Origin: Spongospora subterranea f. sp. subterranea
Taxonomy: Eukaryota
Assembly: GCA_049724395.1 (NCBI GenBank)
Contig: JAUGWO010000131.1
Span: 62,001-105,752 of the forward strand
Length of the DNA stretch: 43,752 nucleotides
Direction of reading: 5' to 3'
Below are positions 11,626 to 25,300 of this stretch, piece after piece; within the stretch, counting starts at the first letter, position 1, and every line of letters begins with the position of its first letter. Position numbers and translations under genes: made by a program. The notes beneath the pieces are model-generated. The model ran no database searches. It was not told the DNA's origin and saw nothing but the letters and a program-made list of their open reading frames with translations.

Positions 11626-12474
11626 CAAAAGAACCTTCGAATGGCCAATCGGTACTATAATCACAACGGTAAGTTGGCGCGTGCACGTTGCCGTATCTGA
11701 ATTCGAGTCACCACGACCATGTCAACAGTCACAAATAAAACGCCCGAAAAAGCCCATCAGCCAAACGTCAAAGCGGTGTCTCTCACGCCAGCCTAGTTCA
11801 TGCATTTTGAAATAAGCAGATTTTTCGGCTGTCCGGCCATCCACACGTCACGTCCGCTTCCTGCTCTCACAGTGTCTCACCGGGAAACGTTATACCGGTT
11901 TACGTGACACTGTATGTCATGGCGCTCATGTCGTAACAGCAGATATGTGAACTAGTTGTCTACCCTGGCTCTCCTCTCACAATGTGCCAGAACTACAACG
12001 TCGTACCCGATAAACTTGAGTTATTCGATTACAGTACACTGAGAAAGAGAGAGGGCTTAGAAATCCTTATCTCTCAAAATAACAGGTAAATTTAGGGTTC
12101 CTTCAGTGCCACTTCAAGGTCTCGAATTAAGCGGCTCTGAACAACCAGCACCACAGTAGAGTTTTGTTAGTCTCTGCAAGGCCTATCGCGAACCGATCAG
12201 AAGTTAATGTTTACTTTCCACCGACTGATCTTCAGGAGAGCTTCGCCAGAAAAACCCAATTGTGATAAGACATCAGCAGAACTAATGGGTTCAGTCCCGC
12301 TCAATGTAGATGCTTTGACAAACTTCGTGTATTGTCGACACGGGAGTAATTTGAGAGAGGTCCCAATTCTTTGACCCATCAACAGTCTCAAAACAGCGTT
12401 AAGGACATCGAGATTTTGAAGATTTTCGTAAACTAAATATCTTCATTATGGTGAATGGGCCCTAGCAGTGTGCG

Positions 12475-13518
12475 ATGGAGGACGTGGAGGCCAGGCGGAA
12501 ATTCAGCTTGCGCCAGCGGCAACGATCACTAGCCGCTGATGAGATCGCCATGACTCTAGAAGGTGATCCGGATGGCGAACTACCATTCAATATCGAACTG
12601 CAATCTTTCCCCCAAACAAATGTGAGTTTGCTCTCAAATTATTTCCGATAGAGCACTCATTAGTTGATCATTTTCCAAACTAAACGAAGCTCAAAGAATT
12701 TCAGTTTAATGACCACTATGTCGTTGCTCTCCTATTATAACCAACTGTTTTTTATTTTCATTTGTTTCGTTCAGGAGGTGTTCCCGCAAGCAGTATTAGG
12801 TGGGAAGGCCCTCCCAAGCCGTTCAAAGAACAAGTTCGACACGGCATCGATCTGCACTATCGTCTCAATATTAATCACAGGTGTCGTGATTGTGTTCACG
12901 ATCGTGGCATTGGAAGCTCGTGCCACTGGGCAACAGGTTCCGGCCAATGCTCTCTCCCCTGAACCGACCAACGCCATCTTTGACACCCCTGTTACCGTTC
13001 TAGTAACGGTGCCAACGACAAGTACCATCATTGCAGCTAAATTACGGGCGAGAATGGCGAGAAGTGAGGCGGAGCTGTTTCCCGCCCAAAACGGAACAGT
13101 ATTTCTGATCCTGACCAATTAATACTCTTTTGACGATATGATTGTTCAGGAAACTAACGAATCGCTCGATTTGGTGCTAAGGTCAGAATTCACCACTATT
13201 GCTCATGTTGTTTTTGTTGAATTCTTGCTACGGTTTGGTCGATTTCTAGTGCCATACTATTTGAGAGAGGCACAGTCGCGAGCATAAGATATCATTGTTC
13301 GGAATTCTTTTGTCTTCAAAAGTTGGCTGTATTAGAGAGTAAAGGGCGCTTATTTATGTTGTAGAGGGACTGAGTCAGATTACGTGATATCATTGGCCAC
13401 GCTAAGGCAGCTGATGGCATCGCCTGCAGATGTCAAGGCAATGGCTCTGGATCGGATCTACCTTCGCCATGGAAATCAGCTCGTCACCATAGATTCAGTC
13501 CAAACGCCCACTCAATAA
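12475..13518 (+). CDS. Hypothetical single-pass (type II) membrane protein (spliced)
   Basis: MEDVEARRKF.. exon ending at a GTGAGT donor; next exon with TM segment ICTIVSILITGVVIVFTIVAL and a Thr/Pro-rich stalk; last exon ..DRIYLRHGNQLVTIDSVQTPTQ*. Confidence 0.55.
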
Positions 13519-13619
13519 ATACATTCTCAGGCATTTGTATGAAGCAAAATGTTTGAACAACCATCAAAGGTCATTTTAGTGATAAAACAAATCGATGACA
13601 CTCATTATTCTATTGCTTT

Positions 13620-16146
13620 CACTGCCATCGACGACCGTTCAGCGAGCGACTGGCCAGCTGATACGCCGTCTGATTGCCTTTGTTTGCGTTAAGATTTTGA
13701 ACCGGAGAAAATATGGTTGGGCCGACAAGATCTGGTAAACTCGTGATCGAAGCAGCTACGGCAAACTTTCAATTCGCAAGAAGAATTGATGCACGATGCT
13801 AAAAAACAATAGTGATGGTGAATTAGGAGGGCGTAAAATATGTTGATATATCATTAAGGATCAAAGACAAGAGAATATCGCCTATAGATCGCCACATGTT
13901 ACCTAGATTCACAATATGATCCTCCAAATCACGCTAAACCCCACATATTAACAAAACAAACGGAGAGCAAACTAATCACTTTGGAACCTCATTGGTCATG
14001 TTCAGGTCACGGCTGGCTCCTCGCAGCTGCCGCCCCGCCTTGGTGTCTTCATTAGTGCTTAACCGCATATGTAATCGTCCTTGCCGATGCAGAGACAGAA
14101 ACTTATCATTCATCTCAGTATTCACAATCAGCTCGCGGAACTGAAACAGATATTTTCAACATTAGCCGAAATTGAAGCTGTTTTGTAATTATGTGCGACA
14201 CTAAACAGGAATATCACAGAAATATTGTCTATAGGCACATACCTGTTCGAATTCAAGTAGGGTATTTCCATCAACATGCTCGACGACGAGCCTAGCGAAT
14301 TCGTGGTCAAAAGCAGGCCAGGCGTATTGACAAAGCGCTAGACGGGCGTAGATAGGGTATGAGGTGGCGTGTAAGCACGCCATCAGTAATCGAACATGAT
14401 CCACCATTAGAGAGCGACGATAAACGCACTCGAAAACGCACCCGGAAAGATATTCACTTGTATTTGAAACTGGCTCGACAGAATGAGCCAGAAATTCACC
14501 TGATGCATCGAAAAAGTTGAAAAACGTGAGGAACCGATTAAGCAGCTCAAAAGCCCAGGAAACAATATATAGCTCTGTATAGCAGCAAAAAGAAGCCAGA
14601 GCGAATAACTAATCAATTAGGCACAATTGCGCAATATGAAAACCATGAAACGATAAACGTCACGTTGGCTGGCGCATAATTCAAACATATTTAAACAGTA
14701 GGTTGAAATCAAGTCTATCAAAAACTTGTCAGTACATTGCGAAGTTCGGATAGAGTGAACGATAATATTGATGGCTTGAAGTGGAGAGCCATTTGCCAAA
14801 TGGAATGACGCCTCTGTTAACGGAAACCCGTGAAAACCGCTCATCCAATTATATACCGTTGCGGCCCTGAGATGGCGGTCAATAGGTTGAACGTTATTGT
14901 AGACGGAAATAACCATACGTTGAGAAGTCGCCGGAGGTGAAGGAGCACCTGAGCAAATGCTAGTTGTAAACTGATGTTGGCGCTATGAAGTGACGAAACT
15001 ACAGACGCCGCCTCTTCTGCAGGTAAACACGACCATTCCTCGGCACAACGTTCAATGCAACGCTTAAATTGGTTCATCTACAAATAGCAAGTGCTTGTTC
15101 AAATTTAAGCCAGCGAACAGGAACATCGGAGCTATCGATTTCGCAACATAGTCAATGTCAAAACAGTGAATAACAACATGACAAGGGAGAAAAAGGCGCT
15201 TTAACGAAAACCCAACCATGTGGATTCAATGAAGTAACTGTGACCACGACAAAACGGTTACACGTAAAATACAAATACAACCCAGCGTTTTCGTGATTAA
15301 ATAGTGTAGAGAGATTAACGTGAATACCTCTCTCAAAATAAATTGGTCTGAGGGTTTACGATCAGATGCATGTAGCTGAGGTGTGTACCACTGATTAACC
15401 CCCTTCCGTGAATTCTCTATAAATCGATAGCAAAAGATAAATAAATGAAGAGAGGCTGGGGAGACAAAAAACCATTACGATTAGGTGGACGCATTATCAC
15501 GACGTCATATGGAATATCGCGTTGAGAAGAAGATAATAAATGCACGGCACATATGACGAAAAATGCGAAAAATACGGGTCTGGCTGGAATTGAAATATCG
15601 GGTCGCGATAACAACAATAGCCGACGCGATAATGAAAAGTTCAATGACGATTGTTGAATTGAATTCACATTAACGACAACATTATATACCTAATGAGAGT
15701 ACAGTTACATTTAGGGCATGAAAAACCATACATTGTTAACAAGCTGGTCATGAGTGCAGATAGAACCATATTATGGTAAAAAACGGTAAGAACGAAAACA
15801 TTAGACTCAAATTGATTGGTGAAATTTGGAACAACAAATATGCAATTTACAGTCTCTAATACGGAGATGGCTTGTAAGGCATTGTGATGTTGAAAAGAAT
15901 ACTGGGACAGGAGGCGGATCAGGCCGAGGACGATTTCAATATTGAATTGTTGTTCAGGAATCGGGCAATGGTATGATATTCGAGTTGTAATATCCGATAC
16001 AGTGTCCAATGCGGTTCGCGAGCTACCGTTGTCAGGTAAACCTTGTTGTGCCAAAATGGAATGACACTCCAGCCACTGATGCTCCAATTAATACTGCTGA
16101 AGTCGTGTTATCTCAACCGACTTACAAGATCTGACAACGAAGTCAT
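13620..16146 (-). CDS. Hypothetical multi-exon, Leu-rich alpha-helical (ARM/HEAT-like?) protein; 3' end uncertain
   Basis: ATG 16146 MTSLSDL, GTAAGT intron, then WLECHSILAQQ..; chain of minus-strand exon ORFs at 15665, 15417, 14841, 14617 and 14201 separated by GT-AG introns. No family recognised. Confidence 0.5.
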
Positions 16147-16399
16147 ATTGAAAACAATCTCTCAAACAATAATAATGAGTCATTATTTACTCCGCTTGTG
16201 TCATGTCCACAGTTACTGCACGAGTTGGAGCGTGGCCGCCAACTTCGTATTACAGTTACCACTGGATCCACTGAATGTCCGACCCACACTCGAGACAGAT
16301 GAAATTCGTAATACTGTAGTGCTTTACCTGGCTATTACGTTTGAGGACATTCGAACGGAATATGACAAGTTTCGAAAAATCTCATAAATATGTTTAATA

Positions 16400-19385
16400 T
16401 CAGATGTCTTCGCCAGCGATATGGTTGCGCCGAGCGTAAACTAATCTGACGAGGATTTCACCAACACTTCCACCAGCTGAATTGTTGGGATGGTGCAGGG
16501 GGATCCAACGCTTCACTTCTTGGATGAGCTGGGCCGCAACACCCTTACCGAACCCGTTTGCGATCCACTATGCGACCAATAATCAAATCAACAATGAAGT
16601 TCCTCAGGGCAGTGAATGACTTACCGCAATGTCCACTTCAGCTTGACCAATTAGCTTATCTGGGCCAAAAAAGAACTTGCGCTTATCGTACAAATATAAA
16701 GTCAGATTCCGGCCTGTTAGATAATTAAGGTTAATTCTGAACTTACTAGGGACAACAAAACAAACGCAGTAAAAGTAAATTCATGGTCGAAAATGTGCGA
16801 GTCACAAATCAAAGATGAAATGTTATGAATCAAAACCTTCTTGATAAAAAACACAATTTATCGAAAAATTGATCACCTAAATGTGAAGCATCGATTTTAA
16901 ACGTGAATGAGGAGGTGCGGAAAGATGGGTTTTCATTATCGGGTGCGGCTGGAGTCCGCATCATGGACTACAAGAGAAAAGTAAAAAAAATGAAGAGGAA
17001 CGTGTGAGAGCTGTACCTGCCCCGGAAACCGAACACCAACGAACAAACAGCGTTGGGTACGGTGACGACTTTTCGTCGCAGCTACATGTCGAACAAGCAT
17101 GGCGGTTACGGAAAGTGACCCTGAAGCGAATTAGTAACAAGCTTCTTCCTCAGGACAATAGCAAAATTTGGAAGAACTTCTCAAATAAAGGTTTGTTATG
17201 CTATAATTCAACACAGCGTTGGAACCCGAAATGATAGAAATAGGTTGAACGAACGATGAAAACTCACGTACCGAGATCAGGAACGTCAAACGATTGCGGA
17301 TGGACTGGGAGATGATACGTTGAGAAGATACGCATGAAGTCGGTAAGAGAAACGAGACCGCCTGCTCGACTTGTCACATCACACATCCATAAATGATGCA
17401 TGGGGCGTGTCTTCTGACTGTCTGCAATCATATCGATAGCATCCAGCAACATGCATTCTTTCTTGATACGAAGAGGATCTGGCTTGTCTGGATAGTTCTT
17501 TCTGTCGATAAACTACAGTAAAACGACAAGCGTTTAGAACCAACCCAGTCCGGTTACAAATAAAAGAACAATTAATGTTAAATCAACAAAACCAGAAAAC
17601 AAATGGATTCAGATGTGAAATATTAGGTTGGTGCCCTAACCTCTCCAACGGTCAACACCAATGCACTATGATCCATGTGTGTCAAACGGCGCAGATCAGT
17701 CCCAGAGAACGAGTTTATTAAGAGACCCATCTTGTCGACAACAGCAAGTACGCTTACGTTAGCCGACATGAAATACTTGAGCGCCTGTTCAAAAAATTTT
17801 CAAAAATGGTCATGACGCCACTTTCAAGAAATGCGAGTGCTTAAGAGCTGATTTGCGAAAATGGTTATAAAACATATCGTCACGAAAGTAGTCCGTCAAC
17901 CGTGGTCATCAATGATGTCGATGGTCGCAAACCTCATAGCGGATATTACAAATATCATAAACAGAATTGTTTTATGGCGCTAGCGGAGAATCAATCAAAG
18001 CCAAAAGGGAAACACCTACATCAATAACAGCAACATCGGCTTCAACAGCAACGATTGATTTTTCTAAACAGCTATAATGAATACTTTTGTTAACCAGGCA
18101 GCACGTTTGACAATGTACCGAAAAGCTCGGAACCAATTCCCAGTTCTCGCAGTTGAGTTGAGGATATGCGTATCAAATCGTCGCGCAGCAGCCAAAGTCG
18201 CTGGGTAAACATGATTTGACGTTGTTCCAACATATTGACTGTCGATGTCGCCCAGTGTAATATCAGAAACACAAAACACGTCATATCGTATTGACTATGT
18301 GCAAATTAGTGAAGCGCGAGAGCACATTTCAAGAAAAAACCAAGGACAAACTCATTTCATTTGAAGTTGAAAAAGCGCGAAGGTTCCTGGATGGAATTTA
18401 AGAAAAATCCACGCAATTCTCCCCTGTGTATGTAGAAACAAATCAACAAAAATGAGTTGATAATGTGCCCCGGCAATGACCGCAGCGGGAGAAGTGTACA
18501 TGATATAACAGAGTGTTTACATGCTGCTATGTAACGAAACGTGATATGTGTGAGAATGGACCTGATGACAGCGACTATTTCAAATGGATGAGGTACGGGG
18601 CTGATCGGATCATCAACAAGCACCATAACACGGTGATGTTTGCCATTAGTGAGAGTCTGGACAAGGTCGGACAGCAGCATCGAGCGGTGAACGTAAAGAG
18701 GCGAATGACGCCTAGAATAATTGACCAGCGACCCGATAGGATTATTCATCCAGTCGTCTCTAAAGGATAATGGAGGTCATTTTTGTGAATCAAAACGAAG
18801 CGACAGACAACCTACTCAAAAATAGCAGGCAACTTTGGCGGCTTGAATTTTGGATCCACTGTTTTCGGTCTTCGCAAAACGAGCTCGTCCGCAGGGGGAA
18901 TGTCCTGACCATTTTTGTTTTCGTACTTTTTTTGCTCTGGAGGCTGTTGCGCTCTGACCTTCGCAAATACTGAGGCATCTATCACATCAAAATAAGAAAA
19001 ATACTTCTTGCAAAATGAACAGAATGGAGACCCGCATAATTTCATCAATACACCGTACAACATGATAACAATGACTTTGGATTCGCTTAGAAACAGAAAG
19101 CAACATTTGATGATGCAAAGCAAATTTGAAAAAGGAAACCAGTTTAAACAGTGGCCATGGATTCTCCTTACAAAAAGCAACTACATCGATGACATCGACG
19201 ACGCCAGCAATGCCCCCATTACTATTCAGAACCGGTAATGACATATATCCTTTGGAAGACATCAGGGCGAGAACATCCTCAATGGGCATCCATGGTTCGA
19301 TAAAGGTGACACTGCGCGGGACAAGTACATCACCGATTTGTGAACTGCTGAAGGGCGTTCCATATGGGGTTTTGAAGAGGGACAT
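16400..19385 (-). CDS. Four-CBS-domain (AMPK-gamma/Sds23-like) protein fused to a C-terminal C2 domain (spliced)
   Basis: CBS motifs SLPVLNSNGGIAGVVDVIDV, HHRVMVL, VSVLAVVDKMG..SGTDLR, HHLWMCD..GGLVSLTDFMRIF. In-phase splicing continues into C2-like GSLSVT..RTPAAPDNENPSF..FTF..LTLYLYDKRKFFFGPDKLIGQAEVDI..RWIPL..GEILVRLVY (stop 16400-16402). Confidence 0.8.
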
Positions 19386-19634
19386 TTTCCACTTTCGGCG
19401 GCCGAACGGTGGTCATGAAGGTTGTTGTTTGAATGACAGTATCATTCAAAAAAACACAAGAACGCTCGACTTGCCCCGATCTTTTGGATAAAGACCTGAT
19501 GAAACTCAGTAAAAAGAATACTGCTTGACCGAAAGACGTGGGGCCTCTGTGCACACGTCAACTGTGACCGTAACAGGAGTATTAAAATCGAAGAATGGGA
19601 CCTGGAAGGTGTATCCCTTTAAAAGGAAATGGGA

Positions 19635-19663
19635 CTACCTACCTACCTACCTGTACCTACCTA
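19635..19663 (+). repeat. (CCTA)n microsatellite, interrupted
   Basis: ctacctacctacctacctgtacctaccta upstream of the CBS gene. Confidence 0.8.
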
Positions 19664-21377
19664 TACATATACAGTACCGCATAACCTGCGTAAGTACAGT
19701 TAAGTACCCTACCGCCATCAGGTAATAGACCCCTCAAGTACATTGTTGCCCGCGAACCTGTCTGCGCTTTACTGTATTTGCTTGATGAGTCTATTTGTGC
19801 ATATTGGTACGGTGAACACGATTAACGTCAAACCGAATGATTCGTCGGTTTCAATCATCCGTTTTGCCACTTAAAATGAAGCATCGTATCTGCGAGAGAT
19901 TCGATTGTACCAATTTAGGATGACGTATCTTCTAACGTCGGCAAGCACGACGGCAGACAGCCATATCCCTATTTCTCAACTGATAGATAATGCGAGTTTT
20001 TATATGATGAACGTCACCGATTTTTTAAGGGGCTTCAAATTTTGCAAACTAAATGTCACACTGAGCAGTTGTTCTCTCCAGTTGCGGAACTGTCGACGTT
20101 GAAGAATATCAATTTGGACGGACGATTTGACATTGTTGACTATTGCACACGTAGTTTTAACAACCGTTTGCTTCTCTGAAATGCTGTAGATCGACTTCGC
20201 TGTTTCATTGAATTGCTGCAATAAGATTTTGGCGTGTAAAAATCATAACATTGTGGTGACCTCGGCAGATACCAGAATATCCAGTGGGGTGCAGATAGCC
20301 CTCCCAAACTAAAATTACAATGCGCAACGTACGTGGGGGAGGACAGGGTATGGCACAGTATCCAAGACAAGCAAACGATTTGTTGAAAAGGCGATTGCAA
20401 TCCAATAAGAGTCCAATAAGTCAACAAGAGTCAACAAATGTTGAATTGACCGCCCGCGTCTATGATTCTCAACCGCAAACACTGAGGTACACTCGCACAA
20501 AAGGGTCAGGGGGTCTTGTTGCGCAAGTGACACAACAGACTTGCCCCAAAACCATTGTTTACTGCGCAACGTATTTCGGGTGGAAAATAGATCCGACCTG
20601 GTGACAAAACTTTGGATCAAACTTTCTAGAACTAACAAGCAATGCAGTCGATGCAAGCCAGCAACTGCGTGTATTACGTCTTTGGCAGTGTCACGCAAAA
20701 ACAAAACTGCGTCAATGCGCACAACACTTTTTTCAATATCCCAATTCAACTATTTTTTGTATTGTGAAGGAAGATGCCAGCAAAGCAACCGTCAGCTCCA
20801 GATATGAACGATTCTCGCCAATTGTACCAACCACCTCAGGTGAGGTAAAGCAGTATTAGTAGTGACAGGTTTTTAACCATTCCCTAGCTTAACGGCAATT
20901 CGCCCTTAGGATCGTCTCAACCACAGGTAAAACGATTCTCCTGGTCGTTGAATGAGTTATATTGTTAACCTTGGCAATTAGGTGATTGCCGCCCATGTAC
21001 CCTGGGCTTTTGTACTTATTATTTTGCTCAGAGCGCTAACAATGGTTATAGTATGCAATCGGTAGGATCGCATCGGTTCCTTTTTTTCAATTTAGTATTT
21101 TTGTGCCAATTTTTGTCATTTGTTACAACAGGTGAACGTCGCATTAGAACAAATTTGAGCAATGCTTCAAATGCCTGACAAATTTTATTGATCTTATTTT
21201 CATGAAAACGTTTTTAAGCACGATTTTTTCGCATGCTTTCTCGTGCTTTAGTTTATGTTTTAATGAATAGGGCGCAGTTGACCGTAATGGTTATTCGCAA
21301 TTGCAGGTTTGCTGAAGTCCATTGAGTCTCCTATGTTCCCCATAAATGTTCTTCAGGAAGGCCAGCAGGGGCCAGTG

Positions 21378-21959
21378 ATGTCCTACCCAGTACCGCAACG
21401 TTATGTACCTGAATCTGCTCCATACGGGCAGTCACCTTATGCGCCTCCAGCTCTGGATTCGTCCGGCCCATATTCAGTCCCCGTCGCTCAACAACAAGCG
21501 CCACAGGTTCCATTTGATGTTTCAATTGCCAAATGTACAACTGTTGTCCTATTTGAGTTTCATGTTTGACGTCTCCGGTACTTTTTGGATTTAACATGCT
21601 CATGTGCTCTATGGCATATTCAGTTGATTTTTTTTACTGAACTCATTTGCATCTTGGTTTCGGCTCCAGCTTTTTTCTTGTTAAACTCAGACGTATATAT
21701 ATCGGGCGGCTAGTTTCTTTATTCTAGTAATCTTGATTCTATCTGTTTATGTGAGTCTGTATTACAGCAAACATCAGAGGCGTCCATGTATTCCCCGTAC
21801 GCTCCTGTCATGTCGAATGCTCCACCCTACCCTCATCGTACCGCGAATTGCCAGAGGTGCAATTCGCCTTACCCATTGCCAGAAGGAGCGTCTTCCTGGC
21901 GATGCAAATCCTGTCTTGAACTGAACTCATTACACGCCGATCAGTGTGCACTTCTATAA
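21378..21959 (+). CDS. Small Pro/Tyr-rich protein with LSD1-type zinc finger and C-terminal CaaX box (2 exons; alternative ATG 21333)
   Basis: Intron 21507-21767 (phase 0). Exon 2 reads ..APPYPHRTANCQRCNSPYPLPEGASSWRCKSCLELNSLHADQCALL*, a frame the ORF track misses. Confidence 0.75.
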
Positions 21960-22380
21960 CGATTTTCCAGCAACCATATTCGCTTTCAACTTTACAAGTA
22001 TGGGCCTTTAGTTGCTCGTAATGTCCCAAATTTGTCGTAAAGGCAGTGAACATTCTTTGTTTCTTTTTCTCATATGATAAAATTTATTGATTGTGTCATT
22101 ACTATTATGTTCAGCGTCTCTGTTGTCTCTGCTCTCTCTTACTCCTTCATGTTGCGGTGCACCTTACGAAACTGTCAAATCCACTGTTGTTGATGATAGC
22201 CTAATGTCGTCTACTCGAACAACATATTGACATCGCAATCGCGATACTGTAGTGTTTGATTGCTGTTGGTACATGCAGTTTGCTCGGCCGATCATAAAAA
22301 AATCTTAATCGAAGTCCGCGACGGCGTTTGACGATAATCATTGATACAATTTCAAGGGGCTTTACAGCAAATTCGTTTTG

Positions 22381-25300
22381 ATGGTAGTTGCTGCTGCGCA
22401 GGCCCCGGCAGTTGCCGACGCCCCTGAGCCCGGGAGTTCCTTTGGGTCAATGCTGTTTTCCGGGATCCGTATGATGGCGCTTTACGCCGTTATGAGTTAT
22501 GCTGCCAGGTTATTCTACAGTTACAATCCTCTTCTGCTTTTCTACCAACAATTCCACATTGTTTCCAATGAATCGCCCAGTTTTTTTGGAATTACCGCTG
22601 CCGTTTTTCTATTTGCTATTGTTCAGACTGTCGCTAGGCCTGCATTGTTGTCATGATTCAATTCACTCATATTTTATTCAAACTATTCTGTTTTGGCAAC
22701 AGAATACTTATTGTGTTATAATTGGGGATGCAGAATGTTCATGGGGTCTATGAGCCCGTCAACGGCACCATCCAAGGGCGGGGTGGGCGGCGCTAATCAT
22801 GTCAATCATTGGAGGCCATCGACTCCTTACCAAATATCGGTTGTTTTCACCGATAATGTCGCTGGTCGGCATGACGTATCTGACCCCGACGCCATTGCAT
22901 CTTGGTCGTCCCCGGAAACATTCACCTACGACTGGTATGTATTTTAATTTGCAGTTTCTGGTTTTGTCCCATCATTTGAGAGCTAGTCCAGTCCATTTTT
23001 TTTATTCGTTTCAATCGTAGTATCTACTGACAGTTAACAAAAAAATGAATGTCTTGTAATTATCGCCTCACGTGCAAGTGTTTACTTGTATACTTTCACT
23101 AAACACTATCACCTCCCACCACTTTATAGCAGTATTGTTTTTTGTGTTCAGCTGCAAAATACATTTTCCTCATTAAAAACTGTGTTTTTTAGGAGTTGTC
23201 TTTGAATATTTTCAATTTTAGGGCGTCGGATCATACAATCAAGCATGACTTCAATATTTCCTTACCGGAGTCGGTCTGGCGACACAACGCCAGCGTGTTC
23301 GCGCATGTGACTCTCCGTCCTTCCCGTCGTTCTGACAATGGGCGAGTCGCACGTTCGATCCAGGCCATCCAGCCTGTGATATTGTATCGTCCTCGCCAGA
23401 AGGTGAACACCAAGGTCAATTTGGTCTCAGGTATCTCACATTATAGCCCTTGTTCTCGTGTTCAACATTACATCTGCCCGCTTTTTCGTTTATGTTCATC
23501 AAATACGTATTAATTTCCCTGCCATTTATCAAACGTTTTTTCAAACTAAATTCCCATTATTGCTCTCTTTCGACGTTCACACTGACGTCGTTCTAACAGG
23601 CGTCTTCAGTGATTCTGGTCTGGATGCCGCCATCAAATCCGGAGAGACTGAGTCAATTGAGTCGTACCGTCAAGCGCGTGACGCCGACACGACCTGGGAG
23701 GCTTTCTGGCGACCTGAGCTGGTGATTCGTCCTGTCATCGACCAATCAACATTCGCGATGAACACAATTCCGCTGCCTCTAGCGCCATATTATCATTTTG
23801 ACCCGTATCTGAATTTCTCACGAATTTCATATTCCGCATTGCTGATGATGTTGCCAGGGTCACCCATGAGTATCTTCCACCCATATATTTCGACTACTTC
23901 TGGCTGTTATCAGAACGGTTCATTGCCCTTAATGAGACTGTGAAAGAGGTTAATTGTTTTTTGTACAATTTGCGTTTTCATCGGTTGATTTATGTTCATA
24001 TCGGACGATTGATTATGTCACCATTCCCGCTACCTTCAGATTGGATCAAAATCACCCGATTGTTACGATCGGTTGCAGAAATATTGTTCCTTCTGACTGG
24101 GTTTTGCTTTTCACCTTCAGTTTGAGATGCATTTTTTTGTTTGTTCAATGGGTTTAGGTTCCGCTGTCGGTATCGATATCGCCGATTTCCATGATGAAAT
24201 GGCAGCTACAAGTTCAAATGGAGGCGTCGTTCGTTCAACAGCAGCAATATGGCTCCACTGAACAGGACACTGAGGTGATCCGCCCATTGACGTTTTTGAA
24301 TCAATTGATATCTAATGGGACTCTTGAGATTTTGTCATATCGGTCACCTTCTGGTTAATATTGTTCTGCAGTTGTCAGCATTCTTCTTATATCAGAACGT
24401 TGTTTTACGCTAGGAAGATAAAGAATTTTTTTTCGTTTGACATTTGTGTTCAATGCGCCAGGGTATTCGGAAGATGTTCCTAGAGACAAATCCAATTTTG
24501 TTGGGGATCACGTTCCTGGTCTCCGTACTGCACATGGTCTTCGATTTTCTCGCGTTCAAAAACGATATCGCATTTTGGAAACAGGATAACAAGGTTAGGC
24601 CACTTTTTCCTGTCTGTAGCTCCCGATTTCTATTCGAATTTGAAACGTTGTTTGCTGTTTGTTTGTGCATTTTGTCTCATTGCTCATTATTTGCGCTGTC
24701 CAGTCCATGGAAGGTCTCTCAATTCGGACAATATTGATTAACTCGGTCTGCCAACTGGTCATATTTCTGTATTTGCTCGACAATGACACATCCTGGATGA
24801 TATTGTTTAGTGCCGGAATCGGTTGGTTTTAACATCGCCACACTCACATAAATGTGATGAAAGATTTAATGTTGCTCTTGGGCTCTATTCAAGCCCATTA
24901 CTCGCCGCACATAGTATTGTTTCTAGCCTGCTGAGTTTCATTTCTGCTCTCGTTTTTTTGATTCCGCTTATTTATTTATGGTCTCTGTACGATCAGGTGT
25001 CCTGATTGAATTCTGGAAGGTGACCAAAACACTGGATATAAAGGTGACCAAGGTCGAGGGGCGCATATTCCCGCAGTTCGACTTCAAAGACAAACAATCT
25101 TATTCCGAATCAGAGACAGCCAAACATGAGAAACAGGTGCGCTAATTCCCCTTCTTCAACCATTTTTAATTTTTCTTCCTGTTCGATGAAAAACCCAAAC
25201 CATTCCAACCGTCATGCCTTATCGTGCGATCTCATGTCGAAATATATGAGGTATCCATATTTTGTGTTTGTTATTCCAGGCAATGCGGTATTTATCATGG

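Noticed and set aside
11900..12391. Possible small minus-strand gene (MGQRIGTSLK..)
   Set aside because: A plausible donor exists but no coherent downstream exon or homology.
1860..22260. Recurring TACAGT/ACTGTA words in intergenic regions
   Set aside because: A 6-mer is expected about 20 times by chance in this window; enrichment cannot be shown without counting genome-wide.
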